Under the pieces are notes generated by a model. That model was given only the letters and a program-made list of their open reading frames with translations. It had not been told where the DNA came from and did not search any database. The translations under genes were made by a program, and so were the position numbers. A DNA stretch of 63,599 nt, the filler included, from Sluysia triapertura (taxonomy: Eukaryota): NCBI GenBank assembly GCA_046118255.1. It is 5 parts of 5 records of this genome, joined end to end, with 100 filler letters (N's around TTAATTAATTAA, not from the genome) between each part and the next. Parts side by side here need not be neighbours in the genome. Positions count along the whole stretch, not along the records: positions 1 to 15,100 come from JBJNIA010239438.1; positions 15,201 to 27,727 come from JBJNIA010101323.1; 3 more parts are not named here. One strand, written 5' to 3'. Shown piece after piece: positions 13,449-26,786 of the stretch (within the stretch, counting starts at the first letter, position 1; each line of letters starts with the position of its first letter).

Positions 13449-13810
13449 TAAGATGACGTTGGTGTTGCTGCTAGATTCAAAATTAATTCTGATTCGTACA
13501 TTAATCTTGCGTTATTTTGTTGACGTCATAATTTCATGGCGCTTAGAAAGGGCAAATATTCTAAAACTAATTTCAAAATAAAACCACTTAATTTATATAA
13601 ATTATGATTTTCAAAACAATTTTCATGCAACATTATTAAATAATAACCAGTAAAATTGGACCCGACTGGTAGACAGGTACATTAACCGAGTATGGAAAAA
13701 TTTGGATACTTGGAATAACTAGTGTTAAATTTAATTTCTTAATTTAAAAAATGGATATGACCAGATCAAAATACTTAAGTTCTGTTGGGTTATCAACATT
13801 ATTCAATCTT
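13449..13810 (-). pseudogene. Possible short spliced gene-end fragment with an internal TGA
   Basis: ttttag acceptor near 13561, then YLPFLSAMKL*RQQNNARLMYESELILNLAATPTSS*; two further GC-richer exon-like blocks upstream. Confidence 0.25.
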
Positions 13811-13970
13811 GATTAATTAGCTAGTTTTATTCTTAATATTTCTTTAATAAGTTTGTAATCAATAAGAATAATTTGTTGATATTATTATCTATAATGATAG
13901 CAATAATCAGTATTATTATTACAATAATCAGTTTGTTTTATATGAGATTTATCTGAATTTTTCTGAGTAC

Positions 13971-14037
<67 letters not shown>
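13971..14037. repeat. (TTA)n microsatellite
   Basis: Perfect repeat. Confidence 0.95.
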
Positions 14038-14038
<1 letters not shown>

Positions 14039-15100
14039 TCGGAAGAAAAAATATATATTCACATTTTCAATTTTTATGTAATATAAGTCTAAAAAACCTT
14101 TCCTTCGTCAATTTGAAGAGATCTTTGTTTAAATTTATTTTTATTTCAACGATATTTTCAAATAAGGTACCAAATATTAAATAATTCAATGGTTTATTTT
14201 CATTTAAGTCAAATTAGCCATTATTTACGTGTTTCCATAATATTTTTCATGCCACTTATAATTTCCATAAATGTTTCTTTGTTATCTTTTAAAATATTAA
14301 CGTCTTTATAAACAAAGTAGCGACCAAACTTTATAATTCGAAATTTATAATGCAATATTTAATCTGAAATTCGAATAAATTAATAAATTGTTCACCAATT
14401 AGTCTGACTTGAATTCATACATTGTTCAGCAATCGATTTAGTTTAACTTAGTCTAATTTTAGACTTCCGACAGTGTAATTCACTTATAAATTGAAGGCGT
14501 TATTCGTATAGAAATTGAGTAATTCAGTATTAAGTGGTTTATCCGTCCTTGAGAGACTGATTACTACCTCATTTTTCTGTTTATATCGTTCATTTATTAT
14601 TAATAAATTTTCATTAATAATACACTATTGAGGGCGGATTATGTTTTAAAATTTTCATTATGTTCTGATTTAAATTTACCGGTGGAATGTTTTTTATCAA
14701 TCTTTACAAAGTTTTACATTATTACTATTACAAAACTTGTGCTTAAGGCACTTCAAATTATTCTCATTAAATTGTTGAAGACAATACAAATAACAGAATG
14801 TGATTTTATTTGAATAAAATTTGTATACATCCACAGTAGTTTTTACTTTACAACATAGTGTCTTCTTGCACAAAAAAATCTTACATGAACAATACATCGA
14901 ATCGATAAGATTGTTGACTGTCATATCGCATTTAATTAGTGATACCGTTCCGCTAATACCACCTGCTACGATAAATACACTAGCGTAACTAATAATAAAA
15001 CATATACTAATATGATTAACGTCAAAGCAATCATTTATGTAATTGATTTTAAAAGATCTAGTAATGTAATTGGCTAAACAATACGTGGCAGTAATAATAA

Positions 15101-15200
15101 NNNNNNNNNNNNNNNNNNNNNNNNNNNNNNNNNNNNNNNNNNNNTTAATTAATTAANNNNNNNNNNNNNNNNNNNNNNNNNNNNNNNNNNNNNNNNNNNN
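15101..15200. other. Assembly linker (N44-TTAATTAATTAA-N44)
   Basis: Exactly 100 bp; the 12-mer puts stop codons in all six frames; identical spacer occurs four times. Confidence 0.97.
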
Positions 15201-18200
15201 GAATGTTGTTTTATGATGTTTGTGTTGGTGTATTTGGGAAGTAAAAAATACGATTATTGTGAAGATTGCATTTTGGTGGTCTTTGATTTATAAATATTGG
15301 TTTTGATATTTTGATTGGGTTTAGAAATGAGTGTTGACCACTACATTAATAACCTTGTATCATCTACAACGCATAAAATACAAATTAATTACTTTGTGCA
15401 ATCCATAAAAGGAATGCACATATCTAATTTTAAAAACTTACTAACCTTCGGCTACACAAATCAAATAAAACTAAGATTAACCTTTAAACTCAAATAATAA
15501 AACCATATTCTTCATCTCTAACAAACATAGCAAACATTTCAAATTTACAAAAATTAGTTTCAATAATAAATTTTGAAATAATACGCAACACGTTAACGGT
15601 ATGTAACACGTCAATTTCAACGACATGTATTTGATATATCCTTTAAATGCGAATGCACATTATAATACATAGAAGCATAACTTTATAATGAAGAAAATTA
15701 ATTAAAACTGATGATTTTACCTTATCTAAGTTGACATGTTTCTCAATATCTGGTATTCACAACACTCATAAATTTCATAATTTTATTTCATTCTTTATGA
15801 GGCCGCTCATAAGTAAACATCATGCGCAAAGTTATTTATTAAAAATTATTTTCAAACATTTTTAATTAAATTAATTAACAAATTCACTTATAAATTTTTT
15901 GCAAAACTTTGCCTTCAAGCTGTGATAACCCTGTATTCATTTCATCATCTGAAAACCCTAACAAAATGTTTAAAGGGATAATGTTATAAATTACGTGAGT
16001 ATTAAAGTGAAGAGTGCACGATGTGTAAAGAATTATTCAATATTTCTAAACTTGTAATGTAAAGTGAATTTTCTGAATATTTTATTGCGTAGATATGAAT
16101 TGTTTGAGTGGTAGATGATCTATAATGTGGGTTTGTTAAACGAATTAGGAATTGTAAGAGATGAGTTTTCTTCTTCGTAATGCCGTTATTCTGTGTTTTA
16201 TACGCACGTGTGAATCAGAGGTTAATTACTGGATTATGCTATAATCTTGCATTAATATTGCATTCGTGTGAATTGTTTGAGTTGTAGATGATTAGTTATT
16301 ATGTCAATCGTAATGCTACTGTTAAGTGATTTAAAGTTTACATTGTTTGATTTAATGACGTTTTGAATTGCTTAATTGTAAATGTTGTGAGTTATGGAAT
16401 ATGAGAAAGGCTGCGAAATGTTTAAGGATCAGGTAATTTAAACTGGAAGTTTTGTTAATTATGTTATGATTTACGTATTTGTTATGTGCTACTTTTGTAA
16501 GAGAACTACAATATTATATAGAAATAAGTTTAATAATGAAACAGTTATTAATTTATTATTGTTGGAGGACGAAAAACTTTTCATTATGTAGCAATCAAGG
16601 ACTTAAATAAGTTTCTTAGTGTATATATAAGAACTTTTTAAGAATAAGGCATATAAGAGGACTTAGAACATATCTCATTTAATAATAATATTAAGTTATA
16701 TTGTAAATTCTTAAAGGAGATATTTTGTACATAATTCATAATTTTATCAAACATGAAAACATGCATAAAACACATCGCAATTCTTACAACTTTTCACGTC
16801 ACATCCTCAGTACCTTTTCATATATTTCAACATTTTACATTAAATCTACTATATTCCAAATACATTTATCTTAAACTAAATTTACAAACCAATTCATATT
16901 TCTGACAATCTTTAGTACAACTTTAAGTATATTAGTATCCTTTTAATTTATTTAATTTTGTCAAAAGTCTTTAAGACCTATTCAAAGTAATCCAAACGCT
17001 TAAGATAAAAGCAAGTATCATAATATTCCTAACTTTAAAAAGTTTAAGGTAAATTATTTTCAATTTAAGCAACAATTTATATTATTCTTATTAAATCCTA
17101 AAATACTTCTATCAAACTTAATTAATCAATGAGCCTTCAATCCACACTTGTAATATTATATTTTATATTTATAAATCAGTTTACAATTCTTAATATCTAT
17201 TACAAATTACTCAAAAACGCATAAGATATTTCATTCATCATATCACAAAAGGAGCTTCACCTTTTAAATACTTATTAATCATCAGCACTCTCTAGTAGTC
17301 GGTTGTCTACTTTTAACTTTTAACTATTCGAACTTTTGTAAACATTACATAAAATGCATATTATTCTCTTCATATGACTGAATTCTTCTTTTAAACTTTG
17401 GCGATATGCTGTTTTTTGTGATGCAAAAAACACTGTTACTGAATAATAGATCATAATTTGAAATTTAATTAGACTTCAATTACATTTTTGTCAAACTTAT
17501 TGGTGGTGTTGTTTTTTAAGAATTAGATTTAAGCATTAGATTTAAAGTAATAAATGGATTTTAGATTTTATCTGAATCTAGCATAATTTTAGTAAGGTTG
17601 AAAAAAACCTTAGCCAATCTTACAAACCATAAAATTTTACAAAATATTTTACCATATATATACATAAAGATATAACAAGAATTAACAAATGTTATTTAGA
17701 ATGTGATTTTAAGACAACTTAGAAGATTGTATTGCATAGAGACACTTCAATTCAAGTTCTTGTACAGTATTCGATTAATGATAAAAAGCTCATCATCAAA
17801 ACTTATATCAAAGGTATGGTGACATACGTACGATCAAATCCGACTACGTAAATGTTAATATTGTGATTCACAATAATGATATAATTAGACTTTCAAATTA
17901 CATAAACAAGATTCTCCCGTTCAATTCATTTGAATTAGCAACACTAACTTTAGTATATCATTCTGTCGCAACAATTATAAATCCTGAATATGTAATGACT
18001 TCTCTAATTGGTTTGCGGATCCTTTTATGTACATAATCACTCCAATGCTACATACATTTATAGGAAAGTATCACAATAAATTTAGAGAAAACAGGTACCT
18101 TATATTAAGAGAAAATAGAGAAAACATTATGTCAATAGATAACAAATGTGAAAATACTTATCACAGTATATTAGTATCACCATTATATGTTATTTACGCA

Positions 18201-20059
18201 GATTTTGAACAATATCAACAAAGCCATGAATCACTAACTGCGGGTTTATTATTAGTAGTCCCAAAAATGGAATACTATAGTTTTGCTGGTGATAATTGTG
18301 TAGTAAGTTTTTTAAATAAGATTGAAGAACTTGTTCAAAATATAGTTATACCTTATAACCAAGATCAAAATCAAATTAATTTAATTAGTTCCGAACAATT
18401 TTATTTTAATAATGTTAAATCATGTTATTTGTGTAAAAACCAGCAATTAAGCTTGTAAAAAATCATGATAATTTTAATAGTTCATCATGTAATAATGTAA
18501 TTTAAGTAGAAAAATTAGTCCAACTTTACTTGTAGTATTTCATAATATACGTGGATAATCGCATATTAAAATATGCATTGGATGAATTAATAAATTATGC
18601 AAAATTAATAAATATATTTGCTTAAATTAAATAATTAAAAAATTTCAATTAAATTCATAGGTAGTTTTCACATTTTACTAAAACAATTATACGAAGTGTT
18701 TTATACATTACAAAAAATTATGGTATTAAAAAAATATTCAAAACAAGCGATATTGTTAAAAGTGGAAATATAATATTTGTAACAATTGGATTTACTATGT
18801 TTACTATATCTATTTTGTAGTACTTGTTCAGTTTAGTATATCGAATTTATAAAAAGAAAAATAGACAACAATAATATATTAAATTTACTTATTTTCTCTA
18901 TAACATTTATCGCATCAGTATGAATTACAAGAATTTTCTATGAAGATGAATTTGTCAAAACTTTACAATATAAAGATGATATTGTGGTTTATTATTGTGG
19001 ATGTATCAATTATACTAATACATTCGATTTCAAATATAATGTACAATTTTCGACGAAATCTAGGATTACAGAAATTGTCCATATGTATAATATGATATAA
19101 TACTACAAAATGCTCATATGTATAGTATTATTACATATTCTTGTGATAATATTATCCAAAAAGCTTTCAGTGAAGAATTGCCCAATTTTAATGGATCGAA
19201 TATATTACGTGCAAATTTAACTAAAGTTTTTGAAATAGAATGCCACTTATCGCACACATTTGCTCATTACATACCAGTTAAAATGACACTATTTTTCGAA
19301 AATATTAACTGTTTATAAAAATAACGTAATCGGAGAACCTTTGGTTTATGAAATATCTAAGAAGATATTAATGTCTTTTAAGTTACCGCGACTTTGAAAT
19401 TCAACGTATCAGAATTTTACAAAAGTTTGATCTTAAAAAATATAATTTACCTTAAAGTAGTTAATTTTCATTATATTTCACTGAAACATTTTATGCTTAC
19501 ATCGACGTATTTTATTAGCACTTATTATATTGCTGCCATAATTATCTTATCATTATTTAAATTACAACGTTAAATAGCTAAATATCTTCTAATGCTTAGT
19601 GCAATTATTTTAACTGTTTTAATAATTTTAACACTCACCAAGTGATAATTATTATATGATGACAATCATCATCTTTTTTTCTTGGTTGTACGTTGTTACT
19701 GTTAGATATTGCTTTAGAAAAAGTGCATTAATACTACGTCATAACTGTAATTAGTATTGCGCACACTACATTGGTGACATTGTATTGATGTTCTGATTAC
19801 GGACTTATTGATTGGATGTTGAAATGTATTGCATATTGCACACTCTATATTTTAAACATTATTATTATTGATTTTATATTTCGAATAGTGATATTTTGAC
19901 TTTTTATTGAAATTTTATAATCTTTGGAAATAAGTAAGAATTTATTATATTTAATTATTATTAATTTTTTAATGTAATTATTATGTCAAAATTAACGTGA
20001 TTATTAACTTAAATTAATGTAAGTATTTTAAATTATTATTATTTTAAATTTTTTGATTT

Positions 20060-21100
20060 AAAATAACTAAAACAACTATATAAGCAATAGCAAGTAGAGC
20101 ATATTACACACAAAAAATTGATTAACAGATTTCATAACCAAAAGTTTTCAGCAAATTTTTTAACAAAATATTTAGCCACAAGTTTTAAAGTTTTGAAGAT
20201 ATAGAATCATTTGGATCAAATCTCTGTTTAATTTTTCATAATCACGTTAGTTTAATTATAATAAGGTTGATATTTTTATATCATTTGTAAAATAAACTTA
20301 AAATATTAAAGCTGTTGGAATCATATAGTAGATCCAGTGTAAAATCTGTTTTCTAAAATCACATCTAACGTTAAACTAAATTTTACTATTTACTATTTTA
20401 TTTACTATTTTATTTTTTTACTATTTTATTTTCTATCAACTATTTATATATTCCCAATTTTTTGTATAATTTAATAATAAAGTTTTTTATTTGTAATTAC
20501 TAGATTAATTAACTTTTATAGCTTTAAAATCTAGAGTTACGGTTGCTTTCAAGAATCTAGAATTTAACTCTAGCAACGTAAAATCTGTTACAACGTTTCC
20601 ATATAACGGAATCTACGAAAAAATATTAAATAAATTTCAATTTTCATTTATATTTTAAGAATCAAAGTTTTATAGCAATTCTTTTAAATATAACGACGCA
20701 AAACTTTCAAATTTACTTACATTTTCAATAAGAGAGAACCTCAATTTGACAATTATCAAAGAATCTCAGCATTACAGTAGACATAAATAAAGTTTGCCTC
20801 CAGATTATAAAATTTACTTTACTTTGACTTACAAAATCCAACGGCTGGCCCTAACTGGTAAGCCAAACGTTGGTGAACTCACTTTAAGATAAGTTTTTAT
20901 TCTATTTGTTTTACTTTTCTCACATAACAATCAAACTAGAGCATATCTCTTTACTGAAGAATTATTTCTAGAGTAGTGATGGGTTATTTATTTTATAGTT
21001 TAATATATAATTCTGTGTTTTTAGTTTAATTGTTTAAATTATTCATAATAATGGTATTTTGTTTCACTAAAAGGCCTTAAACCGAAATTAAATGTTTTTA
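20060..21100 (+). mobile_element. Penelope-like retroelement 3' remnant inserted into the Maverick polymerase
   Basis: Decayed RT thumb (KTTIY...), VTVAFK, a CxxxxYI(G)xT-like GIY-YIG trace and LTIIKES; then a 3' hairpin and a hammerhead-like motif at 21067-21093. Confidence 0.5.
21067..21093 (+). ncRNA. Degenerate minimal hammerhead-ribozyme-like motif
   Basis: ctaaaa-ggcc-ttaa-acc-gaaa-tt resembles CUGAAGA-stemII-GAAA and lies where Penelope pseudo-LTR hammerheads occur; the core is mutated. Confidence 0.3.
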
Positions 21101-23369
21101 ATGTAAAAAATGATAATTAAAATTCATCATGTATTTAAAGTAATTTTTAAGTTAAACATAAAACCAATAAATTTTGTAAAACCTACGACAATATGGTCAT
21201 ACTTTAGCACAACCATTACCGCATAATGACTTCGAACGGATTTATGATGTAAATAAATTAAATAAATAAATCAACTACAGATACTGTACATAGTAAAATA
21301 GTTATACTATTCCATAATATGATAAGTTAGAACACATAGGTTTAGCTTCTGAATCTAAACGTCCACCATTTTCCAAAGTTAAAAAAATATTATTAACTCA
21401 TGAACATAAATTTAATTATTCAGTGCATTTGCATATCTTTTATGAAAGTCATAGAGCAGTTAAATTTAATCAAACTTTCATTTTTAAAAAATATATTGAT
21501 TATAATTCAAATAAGAATATTTAAAAACAAAATTCCAGAATATTTTTTCAAGATTATGCTAAACTGTAAAACGATGTTCTAATTTAAGATTTTGTCGTAC
21601 TGCTAAACTTAATTACGTGCACAAGTAAAGCCATTTTTAAAACTTCAGTTAAAGTTGCTGATAGTATAATTGCATTTTTACTAGGAAAATAAGTAGTGTG
21701 CTTATGTAGGACAAACTGTTTTAAATTTAAGTAAATTAAAATCTTTGAATTATAATATGAAGAATTAGAAAAATATTGTCAGAAATTTAATTGTAAGATT
21801 GAATTATGACTAGTGATACTGATTCGCTGTGGCTTTATTAAATGATTAAAGATGGATACGTCAAATAATAATAATAACAATTCAATGTATCATACTATAT
21901 TTCAAGGTACAATAAGTAAATTTGAAGCGAAAGCCAAATATGTAACATATTATCAACTACTAATGAATATAATAAGGCTAAAAAATATCAACGTAATCAT
22001 TAAGAATAAAAGAATTTTTTGAAAATGGTACAATTCTGCAAATCAAACCAGAATTGTCTCCAAAACGATAACTTGTATACAATCAAATCAAGGAAAATTG
22101 AACTCTTCAACAACGACAAGTGGATAAAAATCAAAGTATAGCTTATGGGCACTATTTTCTTAATAATAAGAATGATGATGATTTTGATGACGCATTTTAA
22201 TAAATGTATTTATTTGTTTTTTCTTGACGTTTAATTTTTAATATTAGTAAATTTTTATATACATTTTTACTATATATTTTTACTATTACTATAGCTTTAC
22301 AGAGTTTAAGATTTGTGACTATATATTAAGGATTTGAAGGCAATTATTTATTCTTCTGAAAATATAATTAATCTCAAATATGTAAGAATGTTAATCCAAA
22401 TCTGAAATAATAAAATATAAAATAATAATAATAATAAATAAACTTCCTTGCAATTGTTTTCTAAATGAAAAATAAATATTAATCTGTAAAGTAAATAAAA
22501 ATTAAAACTTACTTTGGATTTTAAAAATGCAAATAAATATTAATTTACTAACAAAAAACTAACTTTTAAATAAAATCATAATTGGCAATTACTGATTTGT
22601 AATATAAACGTGGATTCAAAGTAAGAGGCCAGAAGTAAAAAGTTTTGTGAAAGTTTTACCTTGAGATATTGGTAACAGTTGATTTTAGAAGGTTTCTACG
22701 AATTCGATTTTGTATCTATTCCTTATTTCAAAGGTTATTTCAAAGGATTTTTCGAACCTAATTATTATACTTATTGATTCATTAGTATTGGTCGAATTAT
22801 CCAATTGGTTGGCAAACATTTCTGGTTGCATTAACAATATTATTAATTGATAAATGGTCATCCGACGAATTGCATAAATCAGTTAATCAGTTGGTCATAC
22901 GTCGGCATGAACAAATTGATTATTAGACATATTGGTTCTATTAGTATTAATTACATTTGTTATCATACCCGTCAAATTAATCGTGGTGTTCGAAACATAA
23001 AACTTGAATAATTATTATCAGATCAGTTTATTGATAATCATTTTAGAAAGTTTATATTTTTAAGTTTCGTCTTTGTTAGTAACCATAATTTCAATTTAAA
23101 ATTCTTTAAATCTTCTCTAGTTTTCACTAGAGACAATTATTCATAAAATAAATTATTAATTTTAGAATTACGAATTCTAATAATAAATTATTTTATAAAT
23201 TATCATATTAGGATTGTCCAGTTAGTGTATAGAAAATAGGTTAACAGGTAAGAGAATTTAAAATATATAGAAGAAAAATTGATATAAAATAGTTGAAATA
23301 CGTATTAATTAAGTATTCCTAGAGCAAGAATAATGAACAGTAAAATGTTTATAATCATTTTTAAACCGA

Positions 23370-23690
23370 AGAACACCTTGGAGTTCCAAAGACCTTTGTA
23401 GGGTATTGAGGCCTTAAGTTTTGGAAAGATGTCTTGAAGTATTAAGATACCTTTGAACTTCCGAACCTTGAGATCAGTTGAGAACTTTGAAGACTTTTGA
23501 GACCTTCGAGTAACCATGTAAAATGCTTGGAACCTCTAAAATGTTCAAGAATTACAATCATGGTTAATAATACTAAAGATAAATTTGATACATTAATAAT
23601 TAAAATAAAAAGGTAAAAAATTGAATCAGAGTGATGAAGATGAAAACATCTAGAACCTCCTGAATACCTTTAAAGTTTGTAACAATTTTA
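23370..23690 (-). repeat. Degenerate 9-bp-period repeat, decayed collagen-like (Gly-X-Gln/Lys) coding
   Basis: Minus strand has gaaggtctcaaaagtcttcaaagttctcaa...tctcaaggttcg, caaaggtatc, ctccaaggtgtt and aaaggtattcag, i.e. GLK(G)LQ(G)SQ / KGIQ-type triplets. Confidence 0.45.
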
Positions 23691-25519
23691 TAATCATAAT
23701 AAAACCTTTAAACTTAGAATAAAATAAGTTAAGCGTCTGGGACAATGCACTTAATAGATCGATGAATTTGTAATGTGCATTAAATATGGTAAAGAACGCA
23801 GACACTATAACAATAGCAAAGAAATGAATCACGATGAAATTCCTAACGTCTTCAGTCAACATATAGAAAGGTTAAACATAATTATTATTTCTCTAGGAAA
23901 TAACGAAGTAATTTTAAATTTTTATTCTAAATTAATAGTTGAATCTTGTTATTCTTATTTTAGAAGTCCCTACTTGAAATCAGTCATGGAATTTCAGGAA
24001 ACAAACTCACTCATCAATTTGGCTAAAATTTTCATAGTAACTATTAATCGTATTCAATTTTTTAATTGTTTAAATAAATTTACATTTTGTGGTTATAAAC
24101 ATTTTTTGACTTTTAATAAAATAAAGATATTGATAGAATATAACTCTAAATTCTTCATTCATTTTCATAATAAAAACAAGTTTCAACTAATTTTCTTAAA
24201 TTTCAATCAAATATCCAATTTTCAAACAATCAAACTACTAAACATTAAACTTTAACCACAAAACAACTTTCATTAAAAAAAACATTTATTTTAACTTAGC
24301 TATTCATAACCATGCAACAAAATTCCAGAAAATTTTTAACAGTTTAAAAGCAATTGTAATATTGTGTAACCGAAACCTAAAACCCCACACACAACATTCA
24401 ACCAATCAGCTCGCACAAAACCATTACACAGCAATCAACAAATTAGATGTCCTCAAACTTTGCGCGATGAAAATAATTTATGGCTGACATACACATCTAT
24501 TGTCTTTATAAAGTTTCATAATTTTGTTACAATTTGATTGCTACGATGCTAACATTCATGGTGTTACCATACTCTTGAATTTTGAGGATTATGTTCTAAT
24601 ATATTTATTTTTATCAGGAAACTAATTTTTTTCTTACTTTATATTGAATTGCAATTGACTTACAGCTTATTTTATAAATTATGAACATGTACATTCACCT
24701 GAAACAAAGCCAAATGCAGTGAGTTGCATATTTAATAAAGGGGTTTTTGGTAATTCTTATAATTAATGATGCAACTTCATGTTTATGATGAAAATGCGGT
24801 GTTCATTTTTGGCATCTGTATATTTACACTAATTGTAAAAGTAATTGAAAAAATGAAGCAGTTACAAATGAGTAGAAGATGAATCAGAAAATATATTAAA
24901 TACAGTTAATTCATTACAAAATTCAAAGTTCAGCATTATTTTAATGGTAATTTTTAAATATAATTCTAAGTTAAAAATTAAAAAAACCACTTTTTATTTA
25001 TGGTAATGTGATGGTGCTATAAAATAAATGTGATTTTGTTTAATTTAATAATTTGAAAATTTTCAATTGAATTATTGTGTTCTTTCCTCATTGATTTGAT
25101 AAGGATGATTATTTATTTCGATAAATTAAAATTACATAACACGAACTATTTCTCTATTGAATAATTTTGTCCAAAAGTTCCGTTTAGAAATTAGTTTGAA
25201 TCATTTGCACTCCAACCTAGAATAATAGAGATTACAATATTCTACTATCCAAACAAACGATAATTTTTAACACGTTAAGATAAACACACTTATCAGTTTC
25301 ATTTAAAGTGTCGCCGTAGGAGCAACAATGGATTTATAGTTCATATTGTGATGTCGCATTATTGGCGACGCCAAGCGTCACGCCTAATTAATTTGATGTT
25401 TCGCAGAAGCCTTTTTTAAAATGTAATCGTGTAATTGTAATTGTCAAGAAAACCAGTTTGACTTAAATTAACAAATCATAAACAAATATTCAAATAATAA
25501 ATTAAATTACATGTATTGC

Positions 25520-25520
<1 letters not shown>

Positions 25521-25574
<54 letters not shown>
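25521..25574. repeat. (AAT)n microsatellite
   Basis: Perfect repeat. Confidence 0.95.
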
Positions 25575-25575
<1 letters not shown>

Positions 25576-25922
25576 CAGTTTTACGTTTAAAAAAATAGAT
25601 GAACGGTTTGAAAAAGAGAAGTAAATACATAAAGTATTTTAACAATTTTTATATAATTTTGAACTGAATGATAAAAAATGTACAATAGTCTGAATACTGA
25701 CTTTAATTAAGACTTGGATAACAAAGTTTCTTTTTTGAACTACAAATTGGAATGAAATTAATAATTTTAATAAAAGATTTTATAAATAATCAAACTTAAT
25801 TATAATTTATAAAACAATAAATATGTTCTAAATAGAAGAGACTAATACCAACCTACAAAAAAAGATAAAATATTATTTGTTTCAAAAGTAAATGTTAAAA
25901 ACATGAGAAAATGCATATTTTA

Positions 25923-26786
25923 TTAGTTACAGATTTTTCTTTGTTTCACTTGGTTCTCTACTGCATCGATTACTTGACAATCAAAATATTCATCAGAATC
26001 ATTAAGGTCATCTTTACATTCATCAGCACATTCATTATTATTACTATTACCATCATCACCACCACCATCACCATCACTATTATCATCATTAATATTATTT
26101 GCGGTTTCCATTTGTTCCATAACACTCAATAACCGTGTTAACTGAGCTTCAGTTTCTTCTAAACGTATTCTTAATTGGTGCATTTCATTTTCACTTATAG
26201 ATTTATCATCAACTTTTTGTAATAGCAATTCTAGTTCATATGGCAAATTTTTTGCACAGCTATAAATATCGTTTGGTGTTTTATAGCGGTATGAAGAATG
26301 TTGACTGATATCATCAATTAATTCCGCATTATTAGTGATATTGCCACTATTTGCTTGGTAATTTAATTTAAATTCACCATTATCAGGATCAAAATGAAAA
26401 TCTTTATAATAATTTCTCAATAATGATTCCCTATTTTTCTCTTTTATTTTTGATTTATCAGTACCAAAAACCTTGACTAATGTATATACTAAATAAAATA
26501 TGATACCCACAGCATATACTGGTAGAATCATAGTCATTATTCCTCCACTGCGACTAGAATGTTTTTCTGAAGATTCATCTCCAGGACGTCGAGATTTTCT
26601 GGCGTCCTGCATTTGCATATGACGATTTCGCGGGTGAATAAAATCATTTTGAATTGGTTCTGTTCTACCTAATCCCAATATATGCATTAATATTGGATGC
26701 AAAATTTTCGGATAAAGCAATCCGAAACAACTTATCATTAAAATAATGACAAGATATGATTTCGCCCTAACTGACAAATCAAACAT
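25923..26786 (-). CDS. ric-3: RIC-3 (resistance to inhibitors of cholinesterase 3), nicotinic acetylcholine receptor chaperone; single exon
   Basis: 287-aa intact ORF with TM1 (LVIILMISCFGLLYPKILHP), HP spacer, TM2 (GGIMTMILPVYAVGIIFYLVYTLVK), coiled coil (EMHQLRIRLEETEAQLTRLLSVM) and acidic tail. Confidence 0.92.
   Translation of the reverse strand: MFDLSVRAKSYLVIILMISCFGLLYPKILHPILMHILGLGRTEPIQNDFIHPRNRHMQMQDARKSRRPGDESSEKHSSRSGGIMTMILPVYAVGIIFYLVYTLVKVFGTDKSKIKEKNRESLLRNYYKDFHFDPDNGEFKLNYQANSGNITNNAELIDDISQHSSYRYKTPNDIYSCAKNLPYELELLLQKVDDKSISENEMHQLRIRLEETEAQLTRLLSVMEQMETANNINDDNSDGDGGGDDGNSNNNECADECKDDLNDSDEYFDCQVIDAVENQVKQRKICN

Larger units (their letters stand above)
16520..22160 (+). 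mobile_element. Polinton/Maverick protein-primed DNA polymerase B fossil, in three collinear pieces
   Basis: 16520-16620 INLLLLEDEK/HYVAIKDLNKFL. 18130-18680 PLYVIYADFE...FAGDNCVVSFL...CYLC...VVFHNIRG...KFIGSF. 21150-22160 YGHTLAQPLP, HRAVKFNQ...KKYIDYN, YFFKIMLN..KTM, YVGQTVLNLSK, TSDTDSL, LYTIKSRK...NNDK...SIAYGHY. These match Maverick pPolB motifs in the correct order. Confidence 0.9.

Noticed and set aside
20840-20862. Resemblance of the reverse strand (gttagggccagccgtt) to the pistol ribozyme 5' end
   Set aside because: The P1 stem and pseudoknot partners are absent, and the second copy lacks the match.
25911-26132. Plus-strand hydrophobic ORF
   Set aside because: Antisense shadow of the ric-3 acidic tail.
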